In this document: positions 30,133 through 39,799 of the stretch, piece after piece
Position numbering within the stretch: position 1 is the stretch's first letter
Layout of the letters: every line of letters starts with the position of its first letter
IMG/VR virus record: IMGVR_UViG_3300021079_000001
Coordinates: 47,401-111,400 of that record
Source of the DNA: a virus
DNA length: 64,000 bases
Direction: 5' to 3' (one strand)
The notes under the pieces: model-generated
Databases searched by the model: none
Told to the model about the DNA's origin: nothing
Seen by the model: the letters and a program-made list of their open reading frames with translations, nothing else
Translations under genes and position numbers: made by a program

Positions 30133-31242
30133 CTATATCCGTGACCCATAGTCTAGTCGTAACTGTATATATCCATTGTTCTTCCATACATCATATGGAG
30201 TACTCCAGTCACCGGTACTGATGTGCCATGCAATTTCCTGCAGTAGTGTATCTACTCCCTTGTACCTCTTTCCACGCAGTCTGAACCCCCTTCCTGCCCT
30301 CTCTATATCATCCATGGATAGTTGCAGGATCGTAGGTGCTGAGAACCCCTGTGTATCACAGAATATGAACTCCATGGGTTTTATCACATACTCTCCTAAC
30401 CCACTTTCCTTTGCCCAGTACATAACTGCTTGACAGTACATCCATGCCTGGATATAGTACCCGAACTTCACATATGCATACTCCGGATTCTCATTATCCC
30501 ATGATGTTTTCCAGTCATATGTACATATCTCCTTCTTATCGTGATGAATTATCAGCTTATCGACCATGCTCTTGCATTCTACACCATCTATCATGAACAT
30601 GATCGGCCATTCATTGTAGACTTCCATATCATGAGATTCCTGCATATTGGCTATACTGGCTGTATACGGATGCTCTTTGATTTTCTGTACTATCTTCTCT
30701 GCTGTCTCTATATTACCTACACTGACTATCTGCTTACCCACACACTCTATCTTCTCCTTGTACCATTGTTCTGGAGTAACTCCCTTCTTGTCTGTAGTGG
30801 TGAATAGTGCAATGATCTGTTCCAGGTTCTTTCCTACGAACTTCACTTCTTTCATGTTATAGTCATACTTCACACTATTGACTGCATCTGTGAACAATGT
30901 TTCGAACTTGTCTTTCTGCACACCATCACTAATGGATTTCAGTGCTCTACTGTACAGGGCCTCACATAATTCCAGCATCTGTCCTGTAGGTTCCGGTGCA
31001 CTAGCTATATGGAATTTCTCATCGAATGATTGTGGGAGAGAGAGTAGCAGATGCACCATACTACCCATGATTGTGGCTATTGTTTCCTTTTCCCTTCTTG
31101 GTTCCCCCAGTACATATTCCTGATAGAATTTCCTCCTGTCAGTGTCGAATGTTTTGATGCTACTGTAGCTGAGTCGATCTTTGATTGCTCTGTAGTGGTT
31201 CTCTGATATTCTGCTATCTGTAACTTTCTTACCTATGTTCAT
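30133..31242 (-). CDS. PD-(D/E)XK exonuclease (RecE/ExoVIII-like)
   Basis: LSYSSIK, GSMVH, CKSMVDKL..YDWKTS, YYIQAWMY. Confidence 0.85.
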   Translation of the reverse strand: MNIGKKVTDSRISENHYRAIKDRLSYSSIKTFDTDRRKFYQEYVLGEPRREKETIATIMGSMVHLLLSLPQSFDEKFHIASAPEPTGQMLELCEALYSRALKSISDGVQKDKFETLFTDAVNSVKYDYNMKEVKFVGKNLEQIIALFTTTDKKGVTPEQWYKEKIECVGKQIVSVGNIETAEKIVQKIKEHPYTASIANMQESHDMEVYNEWPIMFMIDGVECKSMVDKLIIHHDKKEICTYDWKTSWDNENPEYAYVKFGYYIQAWMYCQAVMYWAKESGLGEYVIKPMEFIFCDTQGFSAPTILQLSMDDIERAGRGFRLRGKRYKGVDTLLQEIAWHISTGDWSTPYDVWKNNGYIQLRLDYGSRI

Positions 31243-31778
31243 TGTATGTTCTTTTTGGTTCTTGGTTTCCGTGGTGTACTCCTCATCTTCTCTTTGTGCT
31301 CATTGTACAGGTGTCTATCAGTATCATACCTGTACAGACTACCGTTGATGTTGTTGTTGTACGTTCTATTCTCTAGCACATTGTACTGGAATTGGTACTT
31401 CAGTTCGAGGTATGTGGCATTCTTCTTGCTGTAGCACCATTCCAGCACTTGTCTAGTGAATTGTTCCGGATACTGTTTCTGGTCCTCTATGAGCTCTTTG
31501 CAGCTTCCCCAGTACTCTGGCCAGTTGCTCTGTTTCACTGTAGTCTCGTATGTCTTCCTGGTACCACTTGCTTTTTTTGCTCGTACTCCTATCTTCTTTC
31601 GTCTGGTACTGGTGAGCATCTTCTTACCTATATATACCTGTACCTGATGACCTTTCATATCATCCCACCACATACGGGTTATCTTGTACACCATAGCTAC
31701 TGCCCATTCCGGTACTACTTCTGGTGTTATCCATTCACCACACCATGTCCATGGTACTTCTTGCCTAGTACTTTCCAT
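31239..31778 (-). CDS. Seg-like GIY-YIG endonuclease
   Basis: VYKIT..YIGKK..YWGS..FTRQVL..E...Q..YNNNING. Confidence 0.8.
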   Translation of the reverse strand: MESTRQEVPWTWCGEWITPEVVPEWAVAMVYKITRMWWDDMKGHQVQVYIGKKMLTSTRRKKIGVRAKKASGTRKTYETTVKQSNWPEYWGSCKELIEDQKQYPEQFTRQVLEWCYSKKNATYLELKYQFQYNVLENRTYNNNINGSLYRYDTDRHLYNEHKEKMRSTPRKPRTKKNIQ

Positions 31779-32028
31779 CTTTCTGTAGGTTTATCGCTGT
31801 TTCTATATCCTGTTGTTTCACCTTCACTACCTTCTTCAGTAACACTTCACTGTATCTGCTGGAGAGTACCTGTAGTACTTCTTTCGTGATACCTGCATAC
31901 TCTTCTACACTGGCAGGAGGTTCACCCATCTTGACTTCATGAAGGTACTTCACTATCTCCATAGCCAACTGAGTGAACACTCCTGTCTTCATCATTTTGA
32001 TCTTCTTCTTTGCTTCTACTGGTGTCAT
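31765..32028 (-). CDS. Hypothetical protein
   Basis: ORF in operon. Confidence 0.5.
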   Translation of the reverse strand: MTPVEAKKKIKMMKTGVFTQLAMEIVKYLHEVKMGEPPASVEEYAGITKEVLQVLSSRYSEVLLKKVVKVKQQDIETAINLQKDGKY

Positions 32029-32032
32029 ATTA

Positions 32033-32980
32033 TTACCATTTTCCTTCTGGAAACAGTTCTGCAGGTTTTTTGGTATGTACCTCTTTCATACAATGCTCCA
32101 TACATGTATCACATATCATCTCTGTTTCATCTATTATTTTGTATTCATTACATCCCCAACAGTGGTCCATATACTTGTCTCCAGTTTCTGTCCACTTGTA
32201 TTCTCCATATCCTGCATATCGGTCATTGTAATCACGATCTATTTCATATCGGTCATTGACTCTTTCCAGTATATGCAGTACCATCTTCTTACACCTTTCA
32301 TAGTCTTCCAGCACAATATACTCATTTTCTGAGTGAGGGTTGTAGTATCCGCATTCTATGTTGGCACATGCTACCTGGAGACCGTTACACACTAATTGAT
32401 ATACATCTGTAAACATACCACTCACTGTGGCATACCCATAAGTATCTATAATAGGCCCTACAGCTTCCTCAAATGCCTCATCGAACATGATCTCACCGTA
32501 TATCTCCTGTACAAACCCTGAGTTACCTTTTCTGTCACACTGAAGTACATAGTTACAATTATCAAACCATTCCATATCTGCCTCTTGTGAGCCTAAGCCA
32601 CCCACTTCTTCATCACGAAAGAATGCAACTTTCAATACATCTAACTGCATCAATGCCTGAAGACATATTGCTATACCGCACTTGTCATCTCCACCTATAC
32701 CTGTAGCTTTTCCTTTTCCTTTATCATACGCAAACACACGATCTTCCATCTGCACTACTTTGTAGTCTTTCTTGGCTATAATCCTATGTACTGTGTCTGT
32801 ATGTGATACTATGCAGTTGTATGCATCTGCTACACCCTTTGTCACGTATATATTCCCATTGTCTTCATGCACTACACACCCGGGTATAGTTTTCACTATT
32901 CCCCGGATGGTCTTGTGCATTTCTTTACTGTTGTATGTTTCTGATTGTGTCCACAGTATCTGTTCTAGTATTTTATCCAT
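32033..32980 (-). CDS. M20/M28 zinc peptidase
   Basis: SHTDTVH, GGDDKCG, DEEVGG, DRKG, GYYNPH. Confidence 0.9.
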   Translation of the reverse strand: MDKILEQILWTQSETYNSKEMHKTIRGIVKTIPGCVVHEDNGNIYVTKGVADAYNCIVSHTDTVHRIIAKKDYKVVQMEDRVFAYDKGKGKATGIGGDDKCGIAICLQALMQLDVLKVAFFRDEEVGGLGSQEADMEWFDNCNYVLQCDRKGNSGFVQEIYGEIMFDEAFEEAVGPIIDTYGYATVSGMFTDVYQLVCNGLQVACANIECGYYNPHSENEYIVLEDYERCKKMVLHILERVNDRYEIDRDYNDRYAGYGEYKWTETGDKYMDHCWGCNEYKIIDETEMICDTCMEHCMKEVHTKKPAELFPEGKW

Positions 32981-34434
32981 TACATTTCCAGTATTAGTTG
33001 GTTATCGGCTATCACTATTTCATTACCTTCTGCTATACAGGCTTCCAGATTTGTCTGTGCTACACTATTTCCACTGTATAACGGTACTGTATCTTCTGTT
33101 AGGAACCATGTATCAACATACACACACTTAGTACAACAATCTTTCTTCCAGTATATGTTATCCCCATAACTGCTGTCCATTTCTACTATCTCTCTGCTAT
33201 CTTCATGAGTTCTGTCACCATCATACAACTCTACTGACTCACTTTCCAGTATATACTCATCTGTCAGACTATCCAGAACGCAGTCATCTTGCCTATTGTA
33301 GTATGTACCATTAATGCACTCATAGTTATCCAGATCATCATCATGCACCCATCCATCTTGTGTCTTATTAGCATTGTTTTCATGACACCATTTGCCATTT
33401 TCCAATCTCTGAGCATCCCTTCTCCTGATATAATTGTCTGTATAGTCATCTAGCACTGCATTGTCACGATGAACATTACCATATCCTTCTATATACTCTG
33501 CATCCCCTTCATCTATATACTCCTCATTTTCCTCATCCCAACATTCATTATCGTGATTATCTTCTTGCTGCTCCCAACTTCCTGATGTACTTCTGAGCTC
33601 CTTGTCATTGTATCCACTATCATTAGATATCTTGCCAGTATCACTTAGATAACACAATGTATCTACATATGGATATTCATCGAACTCGTACTCATCCAGT
33701 TCTACTATCAGTGTTCTACTGCAGGATTCTCCATTTCTCACTATATGACCATCTACATCATTTGAATGTACTTTCTTGTACATCCAACCTTTCTCCTCTG
33801 CATAGTTCTCAAACATCTTCTGGTGAGCATCTGTAGCATACACCCTGTCCATGAACATTCCTTTGTTGGTATTCCATACAAGAGCTCTACCTACAGTATT
33901 GTTTTCACAGTCTATCATCACCAGCATAGATATCTTGTCTGGATTCTTTACGTATATATCCAGATATCTCTCACAATTTTCATACCTCATACAACTATCC
34001 CCCAGTTGTCCGAGAGTATATAGTTTGCTGTGATTTTCCTCATTATACCTGTATCTGATATCCTTTCCTGTCACTTTTATGAACTGTACCTGACAATCTT
34101 CATCATTGATCTTATCTGCTTTTATCAGATTACTGAACAATTCAAAGTCTGTATCTTTCAGCTCTAGTGTGTCTATATGTGTACTATCTATCAACTTTCT
34201 TGCTAACTTCCCTGCTCTTGATATCTGCCTGTTCTCTCTCTTCCAATCTCCATTGTCATTCACTGTATGCTCTTTACCTGCTGGAAGGAACGATATCATA
34301 TCTCCTCTACGTGCTATATAATTTGCAAACTCTGTAGTTGTGTATGTATCCTGCAGCAATATATTCGCTATCTTACTTTTGCTCCTATTTACCTCGAAGA
34401 ACCTCTTGAACGATTCTGCTATTATTAGTCCCAT
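32980..34434 (-). CDS. Phage protein with SCM/GRALVW domain and acidic C-terminal repeats
   Basis: GDSCMRY, GRALVW, FMDRVY, YPYVDT; repeated D.V.D..D.YI units. Confidence 0.65.
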   Translation of the reverse strand: MGLIIAESFKRFFEVNRSKSKIANILLQDTYTTTEFANYIARRGDMISFLPAGKEHTVNDNGDWKRENRQISRAGKLARKLIDSTHIDTLELKDTDFELFSNLIKADKINDEDCQVQFIKVTGKDIRYRYNEENHSKLYTLGQLGDSCMRYENCERYLDIYVKNPDKISMLVMIDCENNTVGRALVWNTNKGMFMDRVYATDAHQKMFENYAEEKGWMYKKVHSNDVDGHIVRNGESCSRTLIVELDEYEFDEYPYVDTLCYLSDTGKISNDSGYNDKELRSTSGSWEQQEDNHDNECWDEENEEYIDEGDAEYIEGYGNVHRDNAVLDDYTDNYIRRRDAQRLENGKWCHENNANKTQDGWVHDDDLDNYECINGTYYNRQDDCVLDSLTDEYILESESVELYDGDRTHEDSREIVEMDSSYGDNIYWKKDCCTKCVYVDTWFLTEDTVPLYSGNSVAQTNLEACIAEGNEIVIADNQLILEM

Positions 34435-34441
34435 ACTACTG

Positions 34442-34588
34442 TTATTTATTTAGTAACTCATCATCTGTAGGTTCATACACTTCCAGCTCTTCTTCATCGA
34501 ATTCTACCGGTATATCCACTATCTGATCATCCCATATCATTTCACCTTCCTTCACTATATCCTTGGTGGTAAGTTTCTTTTTGCTCAT
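34442..34588 (-). CDS. Small acidic protein (48 aa, below ORF-track cutoff)
   Basis: MSKKKLTTKDIVKEGEMIWDDQIVDIPVEFDEEELEVYEPTDDELLNK fills the gap. Confidence 0.55.
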   Translation of the reverse strand: MSKKKLTTKDIVKEGEMIWDDQIVDIPVEFDEEELEVYEPTDDELLNK

Positions 34589-34592
34589 CTCT

Positions 34593-34943
34593 CTACAGAT
34601 TGTCTCGCCAACTTTTCAATGTTGTTTCTATTATTGTCCCTTTGATGATCATACCGGGAACTTCCGGAGAATCCCACTGCTGGTATACTACTATACTGCC
34701 ATCCTCTGCTATCTCTATCTGTGCTACTGTGTACTCATCTGGCCAGTGTATCTCATCCCATTCACGTTCTCCACTACGAAATTGCTCTATATCACTCTGC
34801 AGGTCATCGAGTATCTCTAGCTGTGCTGCTCTTTCACTCTCGAATACCTGTGGGAGTGTCTGTTCTCCTTCTACTGTTCTCCACACTAGTTCTGGTGAAC
34901 CTATCGTCTCCGAGAGCACTGCATATCCCTTTATTGTTTCCAT
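34593..34943 (-). CDS. Acidic hypothetical protein
   Basis: ORF in operon. Confidence 0.55.
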   Translation of the reverse strand: METIKGYAVLSETIGSPELVWRTVEGEQTLPQVFESERAAQLEILDDLQSDIEQFRSGEREWDEIHWPDEYTVAQIEIAEDGSIVVYQQWDSPEVPGMIIKGTIIETTLKSWRDNL

Positions 34944-34946
34944 ATG

Positions 34947-35771
34947 TTATCGTTTTTGTTGCCATGGTAATTCACCAATGGTCTGATTCTCATCTACTGT
35001 ACTCCAAGGTACTTTTTCATCCTTGTTTTCGTTCTTTTTTCTCACCCATCTAATCTCATTCTGATACCCACTACTATTGTTAGCTGCCAGTATTCTGTTA
35101 CAAAATGAGAACATTCCATCTGATTTCCAGGGCCTATTGTATTGTACAGCTGTCTGTGGATCTTCTACTTTCAGTACATGATGTAACATTGGTGCGATAT
35201 ACTTCTCCAGTTTACCAGCTTGTAATCCTATCAGTACAATAGGTAATCCTCTGTAGTACTGGTTGATTATTTCCTCTATAATGTACTTCCACATGGGTTC
35301 CCATAATTGTGCATGTATTTCCGGTTTCTGGGTTTCAACTGTCAAACTACTACCTATCAGTAATACATGTTCCTGAGTTAGCAGATAGCTGAGATCTAGT
35401 GATAGGTCATTATCTGGATCAAACCCATAGTCCTTCTCATACGCCTGGTACCAGTTGTATAGTACAGGTTGATCATACTTCACATTTGAACTGTCATATG
35501 GAATGCCATTGGCTATGATTTTCCCCTGTAATTTGTTTGCATATGGCCCACCTGTAATCACTATTGCTTTCAACTTGTTCCTGTTACAGAGGGCAAATGA
35601 TTTGAATAATTCGCTACTAGCTGGATAAACCTCTTTGTTAGCTGCAGTAGTTGCTTTCAATGTGCCTATTATAGAATCCCATGCTGTTGACTCAATAAAT
35701 GGAGCTATGAGTTCGAGCCAGGTACCAAATTGTGCTTGTAGTTTACCCCTGTTTGCATCTGTAATTGTCAT
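34947..35771 (-). CDS. Family-1 uracil-DNA glycosylase homologue, catalytically degenerate
   Basis: VYP..LF..F, LKAIVITGGPY, ANGI, VLLIGSSLTV, H...W, F..CN..L; GQDPY, LLN and HPS motifs altered. Confidence 0.75.
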   Translation of the reverse strand: MTITDANRGKLQAQFGTWLELIAPFIESTAWDSIIGTLKATTAANKEVYPASSELFKSFALCNRNKLKAIVITGGPYANKLQGKIIANGIPYDSSNVKYDQPVLYNWYQAYEKDYGFDPDNDLSLDLSYLLTQEHVLLIGSSLTVETQKPEIHAQLWEPMWKYIIEEIINQYYRGLPIVLIGLQAGKLEKYIAPMLHHVLKVEDPQTAVQYNRPWKSDGMFSFCNRILAANNSSGYQNEIRWVRKKNENKDEKVPWSTVDENQTIGELPWQQKR

Positions 35772-36073
35772 AGCTCTTGTTCTTTTATTGCCTCTCTGTA
35801 TTCATTACACGCTGTAGATAGATGATATATTGACCACTCATCTGCACTGATAACAGCGTCATAGAGTTTCTTAGCTATATTCTTCCACTTATCTGCTTCA
35901 GGGTTCGATATCTTCCAACTTCCTATACATAGTACCATATTCTTCATCCATAGTCTTTCTGATGCATAACCTTGTCTGATATCATTTTCTATCTCTTCGG
36001 TATCTATAGTATCTCCGGTATGGTTGTCATACTCTACAGTATGTCCTAGTACTGTCATTGTTCCATTGCTCAT
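35768..36073 (-). CDS. Hypothetical protein
   Basis: ORF in operon. Confidence 0.5.
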   Translation of the reverse strand: MSNGTMTVLGHTVEYDNHTGDTIDTEEIENDIRQGYASERLWMKNMVLCIGSWKISNPEADKWKNIAKKLYDAVISADEWSIYHLSTACNEYREAIKEQEL

Positions 36074-36097
36074 ATCTCTATTCCTTGTTACCTGTGA

Positions 36098-36301
36098 TCA
36101 ATTACCTGTGACAGTATATTCCTTGTCGAATCTCTGACATAGTTCTGTTTCTAGTTCCAGATTGTTCATTTCCTGGTATCCTACATGGCCCTGTATCAGT
36201 ATATCTACCAGATAGCATGGTTCTCCTCTCCCCTGTAGTTCTTGACGTATATCATCTATATCATCTTGTACTATCTTGTCTATTGCTTTCTTGCGTGTCA
36301 T
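36098..36301 (-). CDS. Hypothetical protein
   Basis: ORF in operon. Confidence 0.5.
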   Translation of the reverse strand: MTRKKAIDKIVQDDIDDIRQELQGRGEPCYLVDILIQGHVGYQEMNNLELETELCQRFDKEYTVTGN

Positions 36302-36305
36302 ACTA

Positions 36306-36623
36306 CTACTGTTTACCTGTGATCAATTTGATTGCCTGTACTACTATTGGATGTAACTTCTCTATATCACATGTCAGCAGTGTATTTTCTAGTTTGTCTC
36401 TGGTGCGTCTCAGTTCTTTTTTCCTCTCATCATCCCCTCCCAATATTGCTAGTGGGTCTTCTGATATCTCCATACGTATCTCGAACATTGCTCTTTTCAC
36501 TATGGGTATCAGCCACGTCCAGTCACTATCATATTCCATATCTGACAGTTGTTTGGGGCCATCTCGTAGTTCCATTTCCTCATATTTTTCATAGTACATC
36601 CAGTATCCATCTGGCTTCTTCAC
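36306..36623 (-). CDS. Hypothetical protein (Y..DW.WL.P motif)
   Basis: YDSDWTWLIPIV; start uncertain. Confidence 0.55.
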   Translation of the reverse strand: MKKPDGYWMYYEKYEEMELRDGPKQLSDMEYDSDWTWLIPIVKRAMFEIRMEISEDPLAILGGDDERKKELRRTRDKLENTLLTCDIEKLHPIVVQAIKLITGKQ

Positions 36624-36733
36624 ATTCTTCTCTGAACTCTGCTATCAGGTTGCTATCACCTTCTAGTACCTCTAACTCATATACAGTAATATATCCCATA
36701 ATTTGTTTGTTTGTATTGTTTTTCTATCTGCAG

Positions 36734-36942
36734 CATATAGCAGATATATCCAGTATACCACAGCAGCTAGTAATTTCCTCCAGTATACCATATAGCCTAT
36801 CCCATCATCAGCAATTTGATTGTCAACCTCCTACAGAATCTAACCAGTATTATCTGCTGATATGTATAGTTGTCTACTCATGTACCTGGATAATTCATTG
36901 TGTCTGCTTGTGTCTGCTTGTATCTGGATATATCTGTATATG
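36734..36942 (-). ncRNA. Candidate structured RNA (long closing stem)
   Basis: CAGATATATCCAG (36741-53) / CTGGATATATCTG (36924-36) inverted repeat enclosing further stems; no convincing ORF. Confidence 0.4.
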
Positions 36943-36949
36943 AACTTGT

Positions 36950-37636
36950 CTAGTTCTTGCTGATTGTTGGTTTATATTTCCAGGTATACCCACCTGTACT
37001 TTTTATCTTTCCTTTACATGCATTACTTACTCCACTTCTATGCAATTTTAATTCACTACATGCGATAGCAGCACTTTCCCATTCTTTTATCTTTATACCG
37101 CCTATAGTCATCTGTATAACAGGTCGTATTAACCCTCGTTCTTGTTTTGTTCGATAACTCTTTTGATATTCTTCTTTAGTTCTTTTATAACCTTTTAAAC
37201 CTTGGGATATTCTATCTTTATGTTCTTGGGTTATAACTTGTAATTTTCTAGCTGCTCTTATTTTCTCTTTACTTTCTTTGGAATGTTCAGACACCCCATA
37301 TTCTCCGGTCCCTCTTAAATTGTACCCTATTTTATTATTATGAGTATTAAGTAACTTACACCAGTAATTTTCTCTAGCTTTTAATTCGCTTTTTGAACAG
37401 AGTTCTATTCTTTCAAACTTAAACATCTGTTCACCGTACAAATCCCATGCAGATTGTAGATGAGGGTTTCTATGATAACCATATCTCAACTTCTTCTTAT
37501 GGCTATCCCATCTTTTATTAAAGTGATTTGCATAACCTATATACACTTTATTATTCACTTTACAGGTTATACTATAGATACCGGTCTTATCAACATTCTT
37601 ACTAAAGAACTTTTCCTGTATATATACTTCTCTCAT
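36950..37636 (-). CDS. GIY-YIG homing endonuclease with NUMOD3/NUMOD1
   Basis: TGIYSIT..VYIG..RW..H; HSKESKEKI; start moved to MREVY after structured leader. Confidence 0.9.
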   Translation of the reverse strand: MREVYIQEKFFSKNVDKTGIYSITCKVNNKVYIGYANHFNKRWDSHKKKLRYGYHRNPHLQSAWDLYGEQMFKFERIELCSKSELKARENYWCKLLNTHNNKIGYNLRGTGEYGVSEHSKESKEKIRAARKLQVITQEHKDRISQGLKGYKRTKEEYQKSYRTKQERGLIRPVIQMTIGGIKIKEWESAAIACSELKLHRSGVSNACKGKIKSTGGYTWKYKPTISKN

Positions 37637-37741
37637 AACAAAAATTTGGCCTGTAGAACTTTCACTGCGGTAACAGATCCAGCTCAACAGGCCATGAATT
37701 TCTTTGTATAGTTGTTACCGCAACTTATCTATACAAAGGTA
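37637..37741 (-). promoter_or_regulatory. Promoter + kissing-loop leader A
   Basis: TACCTTTG; AGTTG-CGGTAA-CAACT; long hairpin TGGCCTGT..TTACCG..ACAGGCCA. Confidence 0.7.
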
Positions 37742-37752
37742 CTAACTTTTCC

Positions 37753-38886
37753 TTAGTTTTTACTAATTATCTTATCGAAACTTTTCATTTTCGGGAGAAT
37801 TTCAAATGCATCTGATTCTATCTCGAATTGCATATCAGGACTCATTTTCTGACTTTCACGGGTAATTGCATTATATACACCAAACGCACTATTATCCCCA
37901 TCTTTCAGAAAATAACGAAGTATATTCTGTCGATATTGCTCTGGTATATTTATTGCATTTGACACATTCTCGATAATAGCTACCTCATTTTCAATCAATA
38001 TATCTTTTGCCCTCTGTAGTTTTGTAGTAAGTTGCCCCAAATATTCTTTGCTCAGATAAAGTTTTACACTATCATGGATTTGTGACATTATTAATTCATA
38101 ATTCTTATTGATAGTATTACCAGACCATTCTACTATACCGTCATTCATTACTCCACCTAGATGGACTTTACGGAATCTAGCCATTCTATCGTGCATTCCA
38201 TTCTTACATTTCAGTATTTGAGCACGAGCTGATATTTCAAAACCTGAAAGACCCACCTCACTATTACTGATTACCAGTCCTGATATGATACCATTACCAG
38301 TAACTGCATTTGCTCTATCTGCCAGATATCCATCCAATAACTCCGTTGCTTCTATATGTATCTGTGGTGCCACTACGTGGAGATACATTCTCTTATCTGT
38401 AACTTCTGCTTTCACTATTTCCACGTCTATACCTGCATTCCTGATTGCTTCCAGTGCTGCTATCAGTACATCATAGTTGTCCAGTATATTGTATTTGTTA
38501 CTCAACATTGCTCTACATATGTTCTCTGTTCCCTCTTCTCCATAGTTGAATGTCCGTAACAAGTACTTGGTCTGTTCCTTCTTGCTCAACCACATATTGA
38601 TATTACTGGCCAGTAGTTCTGGGTATGTAGTTCTCAACTTTCTATAGTACGCTGCTGGTATTTCTAACTTCTGTCCTATCTGGTCATGTGCCAGGTCTGA
38701 TATACTATATTCACTATCCAATACATGTAGCAGACCACTAACTGCATCATATCGTATATGTCCAGATGGTACTACTAGATCTTGTTTCACTTTCTTTTGT
38801 TTCTCCAATACTTCTACCAGACCCTGCAATGGAGACCTGTCTTGTCTATCCAGTATTTCCTGTGCTCGTTCTATTGCTGTATTCAT
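37753..38886 (-). CDS. DUF932-like protein
   Basis: AHDQIG..IP..YY, RAMLSNKY..DNYD, ISNSEVG, CKNG, H.G; start moved to MNTAIE. Confidence 0.75.
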   Translation of the reverse strand: MNTAIERAQEILDRQDRSPLQGLVEVLEKQKKVKQDLVVPSGHIRYDAVSGLLHVLDSEYSISDLAHDQIGQKLEIPAAYYRKLRTTYPELLASNINMWLSKKEQTKYLLRTFNYGEEGTENICRAMLSNKYNILDNYDVLIAALEAIRNAGIDVEIVKAEVTDKRMYLHVVAPQIHIEATELLDGYLADRANAVTGNGIISGLVISNSEVGLSGFEISARAQILKCKNGMHDRMARFRKVHLGGVMNDGIVEWSGNTINKNYELIMSQIHDSVKLYLSKEYLGQLTTKLQRAKDILIENEVAIIENVSNAINIPEQYRQNILRYFLKDGDNSAFGVYNAITRESQKMSPDMQFEIESDAFEILPKMKSFDKIISKN

Positions 38887-38911
38887 TGTTGTTCGCTTTG
38901 AGTATTGTGAC

Positions 38912-39034
38912 CTATTCTTGTTCATGGTGATTCTCTCTATATTGTTCTATAAACTCTTCCTTTGCTTGTTTCAGGCCATCTGCTATAACTTCTCTATACC
39001 AGGTACCTGATTTCTCTGCATGTTCTTGTGTCAT
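38912..39034 (-). pseudogene. Displaced 3' fragment of gene 39800-39985
   Basis: MTQEHAEKSGTWYREVIADGLKQAKEEFIEQYRENHHEQE aligns ungapped, 19/39 identical, to that gene's C-terminus. Confidence 0.75.
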
Positions 39035-39657
39035 ATTTCATTGTCTTTTATGTGTTTCCAAGTTCTGTTATATAGTATACAATCCAATGTAGGTTTCTTT
39101 ATATTGTATACTTTCATTATTTCCATTCTATTTTTTCCTTCTTTGTGCATTTTTCTCATTCCTATTACATCACGATCTGTCCATATAGATGTAGCTGACT
39201 TTTCTCCTCTGGGTCTATTGCTATAGTTTCGAAATGGAAATGTCCTACAGGCATGCTGCATATTTTCAGAATGTGTACACCACTCCAGATTCTCTACACG
39301 ATTATTGTCTCTTACCTTATCTATGTGATTGATTTCTGGTTTGTTCTCCGGATTCGGTATAAATGCTATAGCAACAAGTCTATGTACTCTATAATTTGAC
39401 TGCTTATCGTTTTTCGTTAGTGGTAGATACTTATATCCATCTGCATCTATAAGACGTAATAATCTACCTTCTCTTATATGTATGAGAGGCTTGTCAGGAT
39501 TCCATCTATTTCGTCTTGTTACAGTTCTGGTTAGTGACCTAACTCTACCTTGATTGGATACTTCATAGAATTTCTCATATCCAGTTACCGGTTTCCATAT
39601 TTCAACAGCATCGGAGACTGTATTCATCTCTCCGTTTTCTATTCTGCAATTTTCCAT
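39031..39657 (-). CDS. NUMOD4-HNH homing endonuclease
   Basis: EIWKPVTGYE..YEVSNQGRVRS; VHRLVA..INHID..NN...NLEWCT..EN..H. Confidence 0.92.
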   Translation of the reverse strand: MENCRIENGEMNTVSDAVEIWKPVTGYEKFYEVSNQGRVRSLTRTVTRRNRWNPDKPLIHIREGRLLRLIDADGYKYLPLTKNDKQSNYRVHRLVAIAFIPNPENKPEINHIDKVRDNNRVENLEWCTHSENMQHACRTFPFRNYSNRPRGEKSATSIWTDRDVIGMRKMHKEGKNRMEIMKVYNIKKPTLDCILYNRTWKHIKDNEI

Positions 39658-39792
39658 AACGTAACATGCACTACATACACAGAAGGCTCATCACCGATAC
39701 CATAGAGGTATGATGCATCTGTGCTGTAGTGCGTATTGTTGAATGGTTATTGACTATGTACATGGTATTCGGTAATGAGCAGTACGAAGGTA
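39658..39792 (-). promoter_or_regulatory. Promoter + structured leader B
   Basis: TACCTTCG; leader 39762-80 complementary to 39686-703 in hairpin 39668-39732. Confidence 0.65.
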
Positions 39793-39799
39793 CGAAATT

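Noticed and set aside
31239-31778. 3'-end duplication or structured leader for the Seg-like GIY-YIG
   Set aside because: None found; overlaps both neighbours and may be domesticated
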